64,000 bases of DNA from an uncultured bacterium (GTDB lineage Bacteria > Actinomycetota > Acidimicrobiia > Acidimicrobiales > VFJN01). Positions 1-10,061 of the stretch are shown piece by piece (position 1 is the stretch's first letter; each line of letters begins with the position of its first letter). The stretch spans positions 15,698 to 79,697 of the forward strand of contig CAWEZE010000011.1 of NCBI GenBank assembly GCA_963813485.1, in the 5' to 3' direction. Both the position numbers and the translations under genes were made by a program. A model generated the notes under the pieces. That model ran no database searches. It was given only the letters and a program-made list of their open reading frames with translations, and was not told the origin of the DNA.

Positions 1-39
1 GGCGAGGTCGTAGTCCGGGACCGGGCGATTGATCGACAT
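1..39 (-). CDS. hypothetical protein, 5' end only (gene runs off the left edge)
   Basis: Reverse-strand ATG at 39-37 reads MSINRPVPDYDLA and stays open to the edge. A 72-bp lower-GC divergent spacer separates it from the gene at 112. Too short to classify. Confidence 0.2.
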   Translation of the reverse strand, partial: MSINRPVPDYDLA

Positions 40-111
40 TGTTCGATTAGGCTAACATCACGGATCGTTCGAGATATTTGGATCGTATGCGTCTTCGAAA
101 GCGAGCAGACA

Positions 112-680
112 ATGGCCGAGGTTGTGCTGTACCACCACGCTCAGGGGCTGACCAAGGGGATAGAAGCCTTCGCCGACGAGCAGCGCCGGGCGGGTCACAC
201 CGTCCACGTTCCCGACCTCTACGAAGGGCAGATCTTCGACACCCTCGAAGAGGGACTGGCCTATGCGAAGCGGACAGGGTTCGGCACGATCAATGACCGC
301 GGCATCGCCGCGGTTGAGGGGCTCGGCGGCGCGCTGGTCTACGCGGGCTTCTCACTCGGCGGGATGCCAGCGCAGCAGCTAGCCAGACCCGCGCCGGAGC
401 CAGGGGAGCGCTGCTCTTCCAACATCGCGCCAGTGTCGGAGTCGGCGAGCTGGCCGGCAGGCGTTCCGACCAAGTGCACGGCATGGATGCCGACCCGTTC
501 TTTGCCGAGGAGGGCGGGGACATCGACCGGCACGCCTGGTCGACTCCAGGCAGCCGAATGTTCCTCTATCCCGGCGGGGAGTTGTTCGCCGACTCCTCGC
601 TGCCGTCCTACGACAGACCGCGGCAGCTCGGCTCGAGGAGCGCTCGAGAAGCAGCCGGTCAGGTTCAGCTGCACCGCGCT
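112..680 (+). pseudogene. dienelactone hydrolase family protein, multiply frameshifted
   Basis: Frame 1 from ATG 112 reads MAEVVLYHHAQGLTKGIEAFADEQRRAGHTVHVPDLYEGQ...VYAGFSLGG (nucleophile elbow). The continuation hops frames: QTRAGARGALLF (frame 0, ~385-420), APVSESASWPAGVP (frame 1), then VHGMDADPFF...FLYPGGELFADSSLPSYD (frame 0, ORF 474..821). At least 3 indels in about 100 nt. The 3' end is approximate. Confidence 0.6.
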
Positions 681-738
681 GCAGCCGACATCGTCCGCCC
701 GGGAGCACGGGTTGGCCGGTCCGAGCTCCGGCTCGCCG

Positions 739-1863
739 TCACCGGCCGGGTATCCCGACGAGGCACAGGGCCACGTCGTCCCGGAGCGGTAGCCCGTTCC
801 GCCGCTGCACCTCGTCGATGAGGGCTTCGAGGAGTGCGGCCCCCGAGAGCCCCCGGGCCCGCAGCAGGTCGAGCACCTCGATGAGCATCTCCACACCCAG
901 CCGCTCGCTGTGGTTGGCGTCCGCCCACCCCTCGACGATGCCGTCGGTGTAGAGGAGCAATTCGGTGCCGGCGCCCAGGCCGACTTCCACCGGCGCCCAT
1001 CGGGGGTCGGGCATGACGCCCACCAGGGGACCGTGCACGCCGGCGCCGACGGGGCTGCTGGGCGAGCCGAACCGCACTGGCGGCGGGTGACCGGCGAGGA
1101 CCAGCGTGCCGGCGCGCCGGTCCTCGTCGACGACGAGGACCGCGAGGCTGGCGAAGGTGAAACTCTCGCCTTCGGTGCGGAGGAACCTGTCCAGCACGCC
1201 GAGGATGGCGACCTGCTCGAGACCGGCGAGGGCGAGAGCGCGCCAGGCGCTGCGGAGGCGGGCCGCCAACCCGGCGGCGTCGGGCCCGTGGCCCACCACG
1301 TCGCCCACGAGCACGGCACACGTGCCGTCATCGTGCTCGATCGCGTCATAGAAGTCGCCGCCCAGTTGGGCCCCGTGCCGGCCCGCCTGGTACCGCACCA
1401 GCACGCTGATGTCGCTGGACCGGATCGCCGGGGTGGGCGTGAGGGCACGCTCGAGACGAGCGTTCTCGGCCCGTTGCCGGTCAGCCCGCACGAGTTCGCG
1501 GCTGAGCTGCGCCGCCCGGTGCCGCTCGATCGCGTAGCGCACCGACCGGGCCAGCAGCTGTTCGTCGACCCGGCCCTTGATCAGGTAGTCCTGGGCCCCG
1601 GCGCTCAGTGCCGCGGCGCCGAGCTCCTCGCTGGTTGCTCTCGTGAGCACGACGATGGCGGTATCCGGCGCCTCTTCGGTGAGGCGCTTCACGCCCACGG
1701 TGCCGTCGGCGTCGGGCAGGCCGATGTCGAGCAGTACGCAGTCCGACGCGCCCGCCTCCCGACAGGCGTCCGAAAGCGTCGTGACCCGATCGATCGTGGT
1801 CCCCGGCAGGCCTCGGCCCAACAGCTTGCGCACGAGGCGATAGTTGTCCTCGTCGTCGTCCAC
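739..1863 (-). CDS. response regulator receiver domain fused to a PP2C/SpoIIE-type phosphatase
   Basis: ORF 739..1863 has a receiver (LLDIGLPDADG, IVVLT, DYLIKG) and a PP2C/SpoIIE part (GGDFYD, VLVGDVVGHG, LLLYTDGIVE). The first in-frame start is a GTG inside the expected beta1 strand (..WRLLL-V-DDDED), so the true N-terminus may lie upstream (see findings). Confidence 0.85.
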   Translation of the reverse strand: MDDDEDNYRLVRKLLGRGLPGTTIDRVTTLSDACREAGASDCVLLDIGLPDADGTVGVKRLTEEAPDTAIVVLTRATSEELGAAALSAGAQDYLIKGRVDEQLLARSVRYAIERHRAAQLSRELVRADRQRAENARLERALTPTPAIRSSDISVLVRYQAGRHGAQLGGDFYDAIEHDDGTCAVLVGDVVGHGPDAAGLAARLRSAWRALALAGLEQVAILGVLDRFLRTEGESFTFASLAVLVVDEDRRAGTLVLAGHPPPVRFGSPSSPVGAGVHGPLVGVMPDPRWAPVEVGLGAGTELLLYTDGIVEGWADANHSERLGVEMLIEVLDLLRARGLSGAALLEALIDEVQRRNGLPLRDDVALCLVGIPGR

Positions 1864-2198
1864 CAGGAGCAGGCGCCACGCAGTCGGGGGCGCGACGACC
1901 TCCAGGGGCCCGTGAGCGTCCGGGGTGTCGTCGTCGGTGAGACAACCGTGGGGGCGTGGTCGTGTCCTCGGGGAGCGTCATGTACGAGCGCATCCATCAG
2001 TCGCGGGACCCGATGTGGCTCGGCACGACTCGCCGTCCACGCCCAGCCCGGCGGCATCGTGGCACGGAATGATGTGCGCGCCTATACCGCGCTCGCGGTA
2101 CGCAGAACCGACCGGACCCGGCGAATGGGGGACCGTGTGGACGGGTAGCGACGAGTCGAACACGTATCGTCGGGAGCCCGTTCAAGGGAGAAGCACCG

Positions 2199-2861
2199 AT
2201 GGCCGAACGTCCCGTCCGAGTGGTGCTCGCCAACGACGACCCGATCGTCATCGAGGGCCTCCGTTCGATGCTGGCGCCATACCGCGACGACGTTGCCGTT
2301 GTCGGCACCGCCGAGGGAGACCCCGAGATGGTGATGGCGACGGATACCGAGGAGAACGCGGACGTGATGCTGATCGACGCGTTCGCTCGCCGGGCGGCCG
2401 GCATCGATGCCGCCGTGAAGGTGCTGGCCCAGGATCCGCCATTCAACGTCGCCGTGTTCACGGACAACGACGACCTGCGCCTGCTACTCCAGGCGCTGCG
2501 CGTGGGCGTGCGCGGCTACCTGCTCAAGTCGTCGTCGTCCGAGGAGCTGGTCGATGCTCTGAAGCGGCTCAGCGCGGGCGAGACCGTGATCACGCCCGCG
2601 CTGGCGACCGAAGCGGCCCTGCTCGCGGCGCGCACGCTCGACCTGGGTGGCTGGCCCGGCGCCCACCTGGGGCTGACCCGGCGTGAGGCCGAACTGCTCA
2701 CGCTCCTCGGCGAGGGACTGAGCCCCCGGCAGGCGGCCGAGAAGATGGAGCTCTCCTGGCAGACCGTCCGCACCCACACGCGCAACCTCTACCGCAAGCT
2801 CGACGTCAACGACCGTGCGTCGGCGGTGGCGGTCGCCTGGCGGGAGGGCCTCGCGCACTGA
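2199..2861 (+). CDS. LuxR/NarL-family response regulator
   Basis: ORF 2199..2861 has a receiver (VRVVLANDDPIV, DVMLID, GVRGYLLK) and a LuxR HTH (LTRREAELLTLLGEGLSPRQAAEKMELSWQTVRTHTRNLYRKLDV). Confidence 0.85.
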   Translation: MAERPVRVVLANDDPIVIEGLRSMLAPYRDDVAVVGTAEGDPEMVMATDTEENADVMLIDAFARRAAGIDAAVKVLAQDPPFNVAVFTDNDDLRLLLQALRVGVRGYLLKSSSSEELVDALKRLSAGETVITPALATEAALLAARTLDLGGWPGAHLGLTRREAELLTLLGEGLSPRQAAEKMELSWQTVRTHTRNLYRKLDVNDRASAVAVAWREGLAH

Positions 2862-2874
2862 CCCGCGTCGTCGG

Positions 2875-4707
2875 TCACTCGATCACAACCCTCTCGATCA
2901 GGTGGGGGCGGATGGTGCCCGGGGCGGGCACGAGCCACGAGGCCTCGGGATCGTCGTTGTCGGGATCGGGCCGCCAGTCGCTGATGGCATGCTCGATCCC
3001 CAGGGCGTGGACGGTGAGTCGACCCTCGCGGTCGAGGTGCATGCGCAGAAAGTTCTTGTAGCCGGTGATGCGGGCCGAGGCGAACGTCTCGTTGCCGTGG
3101 GCCCTGATCCGAGGTAGCCCGTTCGCGGCCGCCAGGTAGGCGCCGAACACCACGGAGCCCACGACCCCACCGGCGACGAAGGCGACCACGCTGGCGGTGG
3201 CGGTGAACAGCCAGCCGCGATCGGCCGCGGCCGAGGCCACGGTGATGGCCAACAGTGCGACCGCCACGACGGCGAACACCTGCGCCATCGTGTGGATGGC
3301 GGCCATGACGGTCTTGGCGAGGTACCGCGGCACGCCACGGGGCGCCCACGGAGGCGTGCGGGCGAAGGCCCACAACCCGAAGAACAACACCACCACCGTG
3401 AGCGCCGAGACGGGGTTGCGGAACAACCCCGTGAACAGGTCGGACCAGCCCCAGCGCTCGGCCGCCGCGGCGAACGTCTCGTCGGTCCCGCCGAGGCTGC
3501 GGAGGCCGAACTGGTTGGTCCACAGCGCCGCCAGGCTGAGCAGGGCGGGCATGACCATGAAGCTGTAGTTGCGTAACGGCAACCCCAGCGCGCGGAGCGA
3601 GAGCCGGCGCGACGTGGTGGTGTCGGGGTACGCCGCCACCATGCGGTAGGTGGCTCGGTCGCCGGGATCGTCGGGGTCGACGACGATCTCCACCTCGGGG
3701 CGCAGGTCGTGCGTCGGGTGGAGAAAGGCACCACCGCCGCCCGAGGTGATCTTGTGCGTCGGGCTGGCCGGGGGTTCATCGTCGCCGACCGCGCTCTGGA
3801 GCGTGTAACGCGTGTAGTGGTGCAGGTCGCCGGCCACGGTGAGCCTGAGGTCGATCCCGTTGGGACGCAGCAGGGTGCGCTCGATGAAGGCAAGGTTGTG
3901 ATAGGCGTTCGCGTCGCGCTCGAGCTCGGTCCAGGTGGGTACCGGCGTGGCCAGGATGAGCTTGGCCCCCGGCGACGCCTTGGCGGCCACGTCGCCGAAG
4001 AACTCGAGCTGGGGCTCGTCCACGTACATGTCGAGCTGGATGTCGACGCCCCACAGCCACCAGTTGTGCGGCAGCTCGACCGCGAAGTAGCTGCGGCTCT
4101 GCCGGGTGGTCCAGCCGCCGACCCAGCGATGCTGGGTGAAGAGCCGCAGGAAGCCAGTCAGCCCGTCGTACCAGTCATGGTTGCCGGGGACGGCGTACAT
4201 GGCGGGGTGCTCGCCCACGGTCCAGGGCAGAGCGGCCCGGAACGGGCCCTCGAGACGGTTCTCGTAATCCTCGGCGCCGGCGCCCGGGTACACCTCGTCC
4301 CCGCCCAGCACCAGGATGTCGCCGCGGGGCAGCTCCTGCTCGACGCCGTCGATGCCGACGCCGAGGGACCGGCGGGCCAGGTGCGCCGCCACGGTCATCG
4401 TCGCCGGGAAGCCGTCGCCGGTGTCGGCCGTGTAGTCGATCCACACCTCGTCGCGGGTGGCATACGAGCGGTCGACCGTGGGTGCCTTGCGGGCCTGGAG
4501 CTCCCGCTTGTCGAGGAACGACCCGAACACCGAGGTGAGCCCCACGTGCAACCCCGACCCGGTCAGGGCGCCGGGGCTGTACCACCGGACGGCCTTCTGC
4601 GGGGCGAACCGGAGGTCGACCGGCTCCAGGCTGCGGGGTCGGGGTGGCGGTGTGTCGTCGGTCGAACGCGTGGGACGCCAGTGTGGGCGCGTCTGGGTGG
4701 GCTCCAT
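2875..4707 (-). CDS. membrane-anchored calcineurin-like metallophosphoesterase
   Basis: ORF 2875..5439 trimmed to ATG 4707, which has GGGGAGA 6 nt upstream; the longer version overlaps ackA. Motifs ILVLGGDEVYP, VPGNHDWYD and GDLHHY. The C-terminal half has several hydrophobic helices. Confidence 0.8.
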   Translation of the reverse strand: MEPTQTRPHWRPTRSTDDTPPPRPRSLEPVDLRFAPQKAVRWYSPGALTGSGLHVGLTSVFGSFLDKRELQARKAPTVDRSYATRDEVWIDYTADTGDGFPATMTVAAHLARRSLGVGIDGVEQELPRGDILVLGGDEVYPGAGAEDYENRLEGPFRAALPWTVGEHPAMYAVPGNHDWYDGLTGFLRLFTQHRWVGGWTTRQSRSYFAVELPHNWWLWGVDIQLDMYVDEPQLEFFGDVAAKASPGAKLILATPVPTWTELERDANAYHNLAFIERTLLRPNGIDLRLTVAGDLHHYTRYTLQSAVGDDEPPASPTHKITSGGGGAFLHPTHDLRPEVEIVVDPDDPGDRATYRMVAAYPDTTTSRRLSLRALGLPLRNYSFMVMPALLSLAALWTNQFGLRSLGGTDETFAAAAERWGWSDLFTGLFRNPVSALTVVVLFFGLWAFARTPPWAPRGVPRYLAKTVMAAIHTMAQVFAVVAVALLAITVASAAADRGWLFTATASVVAFVAGGVVGSVVFGAYLAAANGLPRIRAHGNETFASARITGYKNFLRMHLDREGRLTVHALGIEHAISDWRPDPDNDDPEASWLVPAPGTIRPHLIERVVIE

Positions 4708-4745
4708 GGGCGTCTCCCCATCTCGCCGTCGAGGGTGCCCCAGCA

Positions 4746-5837
4746 TCATCGCAGCCGGGCGCGGACCCCCCTGGCGATCTCCAGGTCCTCGCGGGCGGCG
4801 ACCACGAGCGTGCGGACCGTCGAAGTCTCGGCCGTGATGTCGGCCTCGGGTGCGGTGCCGCCGACCGCCTCGTCGTTGCGCGGGGCGTCCAGCGCCACCC
4901 CGAGGAAGCCCAACCCCGCCACCGCCGCCGCCCGGACCGTGGGGGCGTTCTCGCCGACGCCCCCCGTGAACACCAGGGCGTCGAGGCCGCCCAGGCCGGC
5001 GGCCATCGCCCCGATCGCCGCCCGCAGCCGGTGCACATAGACGTCGAGGGCGAGCTCGGCGGCCGGCTCGCCCCGGCGACACCCCTCCACCACCGCCGCC
5101 ATGTCGGCGGTCCCCGCGAGGGCCAGCAGACCCGACTCGTGCTCCAGGGTGTTCGCCACCACTCCGGGATCGAGTCCGTGATGGGTGATCAGCCACAGCA
5201 CGGCGCCGGGGTCCACCGTGCCCGACCGGGTGGCCATCACCAGTCCCTCCAGCGGGGTGAAGCCCATCGTCGTGTCGACGCAGCGACCGTCGCGCACCGC
5301 CGCCAGTGAGGCGCCGGCTCCGAGGTGGCAGGTGATGAGGCGGCCCACCTGACCGACGGCGGCGGTCGCCCGCCGGGCGGCGTAGGCGTGGGACAGGCCG
5401 TGGAAGCCGTACCGGCGGACGTGGAGGCGCTCCCGCCACTCGGCCGGCACCGCGTAGGTGGCGGCCGCCGCCGGCAGCGTGGCGTGGAAGGCGGTGTCGA
5501 AGCAGGCGACGGCCGGCACGCCGGGCGCCAGCCCGGTCACGGCGTCGAGGGCGGCCAGCGACTTGGGCTGGTGCAGCGGCGCCAGGTCGGTGAGCGCCTC
5601 GAGCTCGGCGCGCACGTCGCCGTCGACCACCACCGGCTCCCGGTAGCGCTCGCCCCCGTGGACGATCCGGTGGCCGACCGCGTCGAAGCTCCCTAGCTTC
5701 TCGAGCGCCCGGCCCAGGTCGTCGGCGCCCAGCCGGTCGATGGGGGCCAGGTCCTCGGTGCCGAGCACGTCGTCGTCATCGCCCACCAACCGCAGCTTCA
5801 GGCTCGACGAGCCGGCGTTCACCACCAGGATCCGCAC
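4746..5837 (-). CDS. ackA: acetate kinase
   Basis: ORF 4746..5837, GTG start. Reads MRILVVNAGSSSLKLRLV..., HRIVHGG, FDTAFH, RRYGFHGLSH, GVGENAP. Starts 5 nt after the xfp stop. Confidence 0.9.
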   Translation of the reverse strand: MRILVVNAGSSSLKLRLVGDDDDVLGTEDLAPIDRLGADDLGRALEKLGSFDAVGHRIVHGGERYREPVVVDGDVRAELEALTDLAPLHQPKSLAALDAVTGLAPGVPAVACFDTAFHATLPAAAATYAVPAEWRERLHVRRYGFHGLSHAYAARRATAAVGQVGRLITCHLGAGASLAAVRDGRCVDTTMGFTPLEGLVMATRSGTVDPGAVLWLITHHGLDPGVVANTLEHESGLLALAGTADMAAVVEGCRRGEPAAELALDVYVHRLRAAIGAMAAGLGGLDALVFTGGVGENAPTVRAAAVAGLGFLGVALDAPRNDEAVGGTAPEADITAETSTVRTLVVAAREDLEIARGVRARLR

Positions 5838-5842
5838 GCCGG

Positions 5843-8239
5843 TCAGCTCGTTGGTGCCCAGGTCCAGTCCCGGACCTCCGGCAGGTCGTCGCCGACTGCC
5901 CGGGTGTACGCCCGCGCCTCGGCCCGCTTGGCGATCATGGCCTCGCGGACGTCGGTGGCGGTAGCGCCCAGGGCCGGGACCCGGTCGATCACGTCCATCA
6001 CCAAGTGGTAGCGGTCGAGGTCGTTGAGCATGACCATGTCGAACGGCGTCGTGGTCGTGCCCTCCTCCTTGTAGCCCCGCACGTGCACGTTGGCGTGGTT
6101 GGTGCGCCGGTACGTCAGCTCGTGGATGAGGCGGGGATAGCCGTGGTAGGCGAACACGATCGGCCGGTCGGTGGTGAAGACGGCATCGAACTCGTCATTC
6201 GACAGGCCATGGGGGTGCTCGGCCCGGTCCTGCAGCCGCATGAGGTCGACCACGTTGACCACCCGCACGCCCACGTTCGGCCGATGGCGGCGCAGCAGGT
6301 CGGCGGCCGCGAGCGTTTCCAAGGTAGGGACGTCGCCGCAGCACGCCAGCACGACGTCGGGGGATCCGCCGGTGCCGGCCCCGTCGGACGAGGCCCAGTC
6401 CCAGATGCCGATGCCGGCCGCGCAGTGGGCGATCGCGTCGTCCATCCCCAGCCAGTTGGGCATCTCGTTCTTGCCCGCCACCACCACGTTGACGTAGTCG
6501 ACGCTGCGCAGGCAGTGGTCCATCACCGACAGCAGGCAGTTGGCGTCCGGCGGTAGGTACACCCGCACCACCTCGGCCTTCTTCTTCACCACATGGTCGA
6601 TGAAGCCGGGGTCCTGATGGGAGAACCCGTTGTGGTCCTGGCGCCAGACGTGGCTCGACAACAGGTAGTTGAACGACGAGATGGACGCACGCCAGTCGAG
6701 CTGCCGGGTCACCTTCAGCCACTTTGCATGCTGGTTGAACATCGAGTCGACGATGTGGACGAAGGCCTCGTAGCAGTTGAACAGCCCGTGCCTGCCGGTG
6801 AGCAGATAGCCCTCGAGCCAGCCCTGGCACAGGTGCTCCGAGAGCACCTCCATCACCCGCCCGTCAGGCGCCAGGTGGTCGTCCTCCGGGAGGGTCTCGG
6901 CCACCCAGGTGCGGTTTGTGGCCTCGAACACCGCCGACAGCCGGTTGGACGCGGTCTCGTCGGGTCCGGTGATGCGGAACGTGTCCGGGTTGCGGCGCAC
7001 GACGTCGCGCAGCCAGACGCCGAGGACCCGGGTGGGCTCGCTGCGGGTGGCGTCCGGTCCCGGGACGTCGACCGCGTAGTCGCGGAAGTCGGGCAGGTCG
7101 AGGTCGCGGCGCAGCCGGCCGCCGTTGGCGTAGGGGCTGGCGCCCATGCGGCGGTCGCCGTCCGGCGCCAGGCGTGCGATCTCGGCGCGCAGCCGACCGT
7201 CCTCGAACAGCTCGTCGGGCCGGTAGCTGCGCATCCAGGCCTCGAGCTGGCGCAGGTGCTCGGGGTTCTGCGCCAGCCCCGCGAGCGGGACCTGGTGGGA
7301 CCGGTACGTGCCCTCGACCTGTTGGCCGTCCACGACCGCGGGGCCGGTCCAGCCCTTGGGGGTGCGGAGCACGATCATCGGCCAGCGGGGCCGCTCGCTC
7401 CCATCGATGGCTCCGTCGCCGCGGGCGGCCGCCTGGATGGCGGCGATCTGGTCGAGGGCGGTGTCCAAGGCGTCGGCCAGCGCTCGATGGACGCGCTCGG
7501 GGTCGTCGCCCTCGACCACGTGGACCGTGTGCCCGTAGCCGTCGAACAACGCGGTCAGCTCGGGCGCGGGGATCCGGGCCAGCACCGTCGGGTTGGCGAT
7601 CTTGTAGCCGTTGAGGTGGAGGATCGGCAGCACCGCTCCGTCGACCGCCGGGTTCAGGAACTTGTTCGAGTGCCAGCTGGCGGCGAGCGCCCCCGTCTCG
7701 GCCTCGCCATCGCCCACGACGCACACGGCGACAAGATCGGGGTGGTCGAACGCGGCACCGTAGGCGTGTGCGAGGCAGTAGCCCAGCTCGCCTCCCTCGT
7801 TGATCGATCCTGGAGTCTCGGGCGCGGCGTGGCTGGGCACGCCCCCGGGGAACGAGAACTGGCGGAACAGTGAGCGCATCCCGGCCTCGTCCTGCGTGAC
7901 CGCCGGGTACAGCTCGGAGTAGCTGCCCTCGAGATACGTGTTGGCGACCATCGCCGGGCCGCCGTGGCCCGGTCCGCATACGAAGATCATGCGCAGGTCG
8001 CGGGCCCCGATCACCCGGTTGAGATGGGCATAGACGAGGTTGAGCCCGGGTGTCGTGCCCCAGTGGCCCAGCAGCCGCGGCTTGATCTGGTCGACCGTGA
8101 AGGGCTCCTGCAGCAACGGGTTGTCGAGCAGGTAGATCTGGCCCACGGACAGGTAGTTGGCCGCCCGCCACCAGGCGTCTACGAGGCCGAGGTCATCGGC
8201 GGAAGCGGTGGAGGAGGACTGGGGAGCGGCTCTGGCCAT
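5843..8239 (-). CDS. xfp: xylulose-5-phosphate/fructose-6-phosphate phosphoketolase
   Basis: ORF 5843..8632 trimmed to ATG 8239 (MARAAPQSS...), giving 798 aa. Motifs [39 protein letters not shown]. The longer ORF would overlap the DJ-1 gene. Confidence 0.9.
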   Translation of the reverse strand: MARAAPQSSSTASADDLGLVDAWWRAANYLSVGQIYLLDNPLLQEPFTVDQIKPRLLGHWGTTPGLNLVYAHLNRVIGARDLRMIFVCGPGHGGPAMVANTYLEGSYSELYPAVTQDEAGMRSLFRQFSFPGGVPSHAAPETPGSINEGGELGYCLAHAYGAAFDHPDLVAVCVVGDGEAETGALAASWHSNKFLNPAVDGAVLPILHLNGYKIANPTVLARIPAPELTALFDGYGHTVHVVEGDDPERVHRALADALDTALDQIAAIQAAARGDGAIDGSERPRWPMIVLRTPKGWTGPAVVDGQQVEGTYRSHQVPLAGLAQNPEHLRQLEAWMRSYRPDELFEDGRLRAEIARLAPDGDRRMGASPYANGGRLRRDLDLPDFRDYAVDVPGPDATRSEPTRVLGVWLRDVVRRNPDTFRITGPDETASNRLSAVFEATNRTWVAETLPEDDHLAPDGRVMEVLSEHLCQGWLEGYLLTGRHGLFNCYEAFVHIVDSMFNQHAKWLKVTRQLDWRASISSFNYLLSSHVWRQDHNGFSHQDPGFIDHVVKKKAEVVRVYLPPDANCLLSVMDHCLRSVDYVNVVVAGKNEMPNWLGMDDAIAHCAAGIGIWDWASSDGAGTGGSPDVVLACCGDVPTLETLAAADLLRRHRPNVGVRVVNVVDLMRLQDRAEHPHGLSNDEFDAVFTTDRPIVFAYHGYPRLIHELTYRRTNHANVHVRGYKEEGTTTTPFDMVMLNDLDRYHLVMDVIDRVPALGATATDVREAMIAKRAEARAYTRAVGDDLPEVRDWTWAPTS

Positions 8240-8270
8240 GCCCCCATGCTTGCCCCGTTGGGGCACCGGT

Positions 8271-8913
8271 TCACGCGCTTGTTGGTGGCGAGGCCGTCGC
8301 CAGGCGTACCAGCTCCTTGGTCTCGGGGGACGCCTTGGCGATCGAGCCGCTGTCGAACGGCGGCTGCGGGTCGTACTCGATGCCCAGCTGGATCGCCTTT
8401 GCGACCTCGTCGCCGGCGATCTGGGCCGCCAGCCACAGCGCCATGTCGATCCCGGCCGAGACGCCGGCGGCAGTGACGACCTTGCCCTGCGGTACGACCC
8501 GGCGTTCCGTCGGCCGCGCCCCCAGGGTCGCCAGGGTGTCGAGCGCCGACCAGTGGGTCGTGGCCTCGAGGCCGTCGAGCAGCCCGGCGGCGCCCGAGCA
8601 GCAGCGCGCCCGTGCACACCGACGTCGTCCACTGGGTGGTGGCGTCGATCGCCCGGAGCCAGTCGTGGAGCGGTTGCGGCTGGAGCATCTCGCGGGTCCC
8701 GGGACCGCCGGGCACGACCACGACGTCGCAGGCGTCGACGTCGTCCAGCGCCCGCTCGGCCACCAGGGTCAGGGCGCGGGTGTCGGTCCGCACGGGGCCG
8801 GCTTGCTCGGCGACGAACACGACCTCGGCGCCCGGCAGCCGGGACAGCACCTCGTAGGGCCCGACGGCGTCGAGCGCCGTGAAGCGGTCGTAGAGCGGGA
8901 TGGTGATGAGCAT
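8271..8913 (-). pseudogene. DJ-1/PfpI family protein, single frameshift (possibly a sequencing error)
   Basis: [23 protein letters not shown]...[12 protein letters not shown], followed by junk. A 1-nt shift at the CCC/GGG run (~8593-8595) restores [58 protein letters not shown]...[12 protein letters not shown], ending at TGA 8273-8271. AGGAGG precedes ATG 8913. Confidence 0.7.
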
Positions 8914-8938
8914 GGGGTCTCCTGCCTCCTGGTTGCGG

Positions 8939-9937
8939 TCAGGCCGGGACGGCGAACAGCCGGCGGTACTGGCCCGGGGTGGTGCGCACCGCGCGCTGGA
9001 AGGCGCGGTGCATGGTCTCGACGGTGCCGAAGCCGCAGGCTCGGGCGATGTCGTCCACCGTGCGGTCGGTCGTCTCGAGCAGTCGGCGTGCGGCCTCGAC
9101 CCGCGACCGCTGCACGAAGGCGGCGGGCGTGGTGCCGACCTCGCGGCTGAAGGCGCGGGCGAAGGTGCGCACGCTCATCGCCGCCCGCCGTGACAGCGCC
9201 GGCACCGACAGATCGGCCTCGGGATGCTCGGCCACGAACGCCAACGCCTCGCGGAGCGGCTCACGCTCGGCCCGCCGAACCGCCAACTGGGCGCTGAACT
9301 GCGACTGCCCACCGGGTCGATGCGTGAACAGCACCAGCTGGCGGGCAACGGCCAGCGCCAGCTCGCCCCCGTGGTCGTGCTCGACGAGGGCCAGGGCCAG
9401 GTCCATCCCGGCGGTGACACCGGCCGACGTCCACACGTTGCCGTCGCGCACGTAGATGGGGTCGGCGTCGACCTCCACGGCCGGGAACAGGCGTGCGAGC
9501 GTGTCGCACGCCGACCAGTGGGTGGTGACCCGCCGGCCGTCGAGAAGGCCGGCCTGCGCCAGCAGGAACGCGCCGCTGCACACGGAGGTGACCCGGCGGG
9601 CGCTCGCCGCCGTGGTCCGCAGCCAGGCGATGAGGCGGTCGTCGGCCATGGCGGCGGCGGTGCCGGTGCCGCCGGCGACCAGCAGCGTGTCGATGGACTC
9701 GCGGCGGGAGGTACGTTCGGTGCCGAGCGACAGTCCCGACGAGGTCGTGACCGGCTGCCCGGAGGTGGACACGAGCGCAGTGACGTAGGCGGGATCGGCG
9801 CCGTAGCGGTTGGCCATCGCGAACACCTCGAGCGGGCCGACGACGTCGAGCGCCTGTACGTCGGGGAAGGCGACGACGATCACGGACCGAGGCAAGCGGT
9901 GGCGGGTGGGGGTCGGGCTGGAGAGCCACGTTGCCAT
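8939..9937 (-). CDS. GlxA-type AraC-family regulator with an N-terminal DJ-1/PfpI domain
   Basis: ORF 8939..10021 trimmed to ATG 9937 (MATWLSS...). DJ-1-like part: SVCSGAFLLAQAGLLDGRRVTTHW. AraC HTH part: LSVPALSRRAAMSVRTFARAFSREVGTTPAAF...IARACGFGTVETMHRAFQR. Confidence 0.85.
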   Translation of the reverse strand: MATWLSSPTPTRHRLPRSVIVVAFPDVQALDVVGPLEVFAMANRYGADPAYVTALVSTSGQPVTTSSGLSLGTERTSRRESIDTLLVAGGTGTAAAMADDRLIAWLRTTAASARRVTSVCSGAFLLAQAGLLDGRRVTTHWSACDTLARLFPAVEVDADPIYVRDGNVWTSAGVTAGMDLALALVEHDHGGELALAVARQLVLFTHRPGGQSQFSAQLAVRRAEREPLREALAFVAEHPEADLSVPALSRRAAMSVRTFARAFSREVGTTPAAFVQRSRVEAARRLLETTDRTVDDIARACGFGTVETMHRAFQRAVRTTPGQYRRLFAVPA

Positions 9938-10061
9938 CCTGGGCCGTCCGGCCCGGTGGCAGCAAGGACGAATCACTGACGAATTCGGCCACACCTGCCG
10001 GGACCGGGGCGGCCCGGCCACGGATAGGGTCTCGCGGTTCGCCAGTGCATCTGAAGCAGCG

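Noticed and set aside
5843-8632. N-terminally extended phosphoketolase (929 aa), and likewise the 854-aa version of 2875..5439
   Set aside because: The extensions are Arg/Pro-rich and overlap the DJ-1 gene and ackA respectively. Internal ATGs with RBSs give proteins of the expected length.
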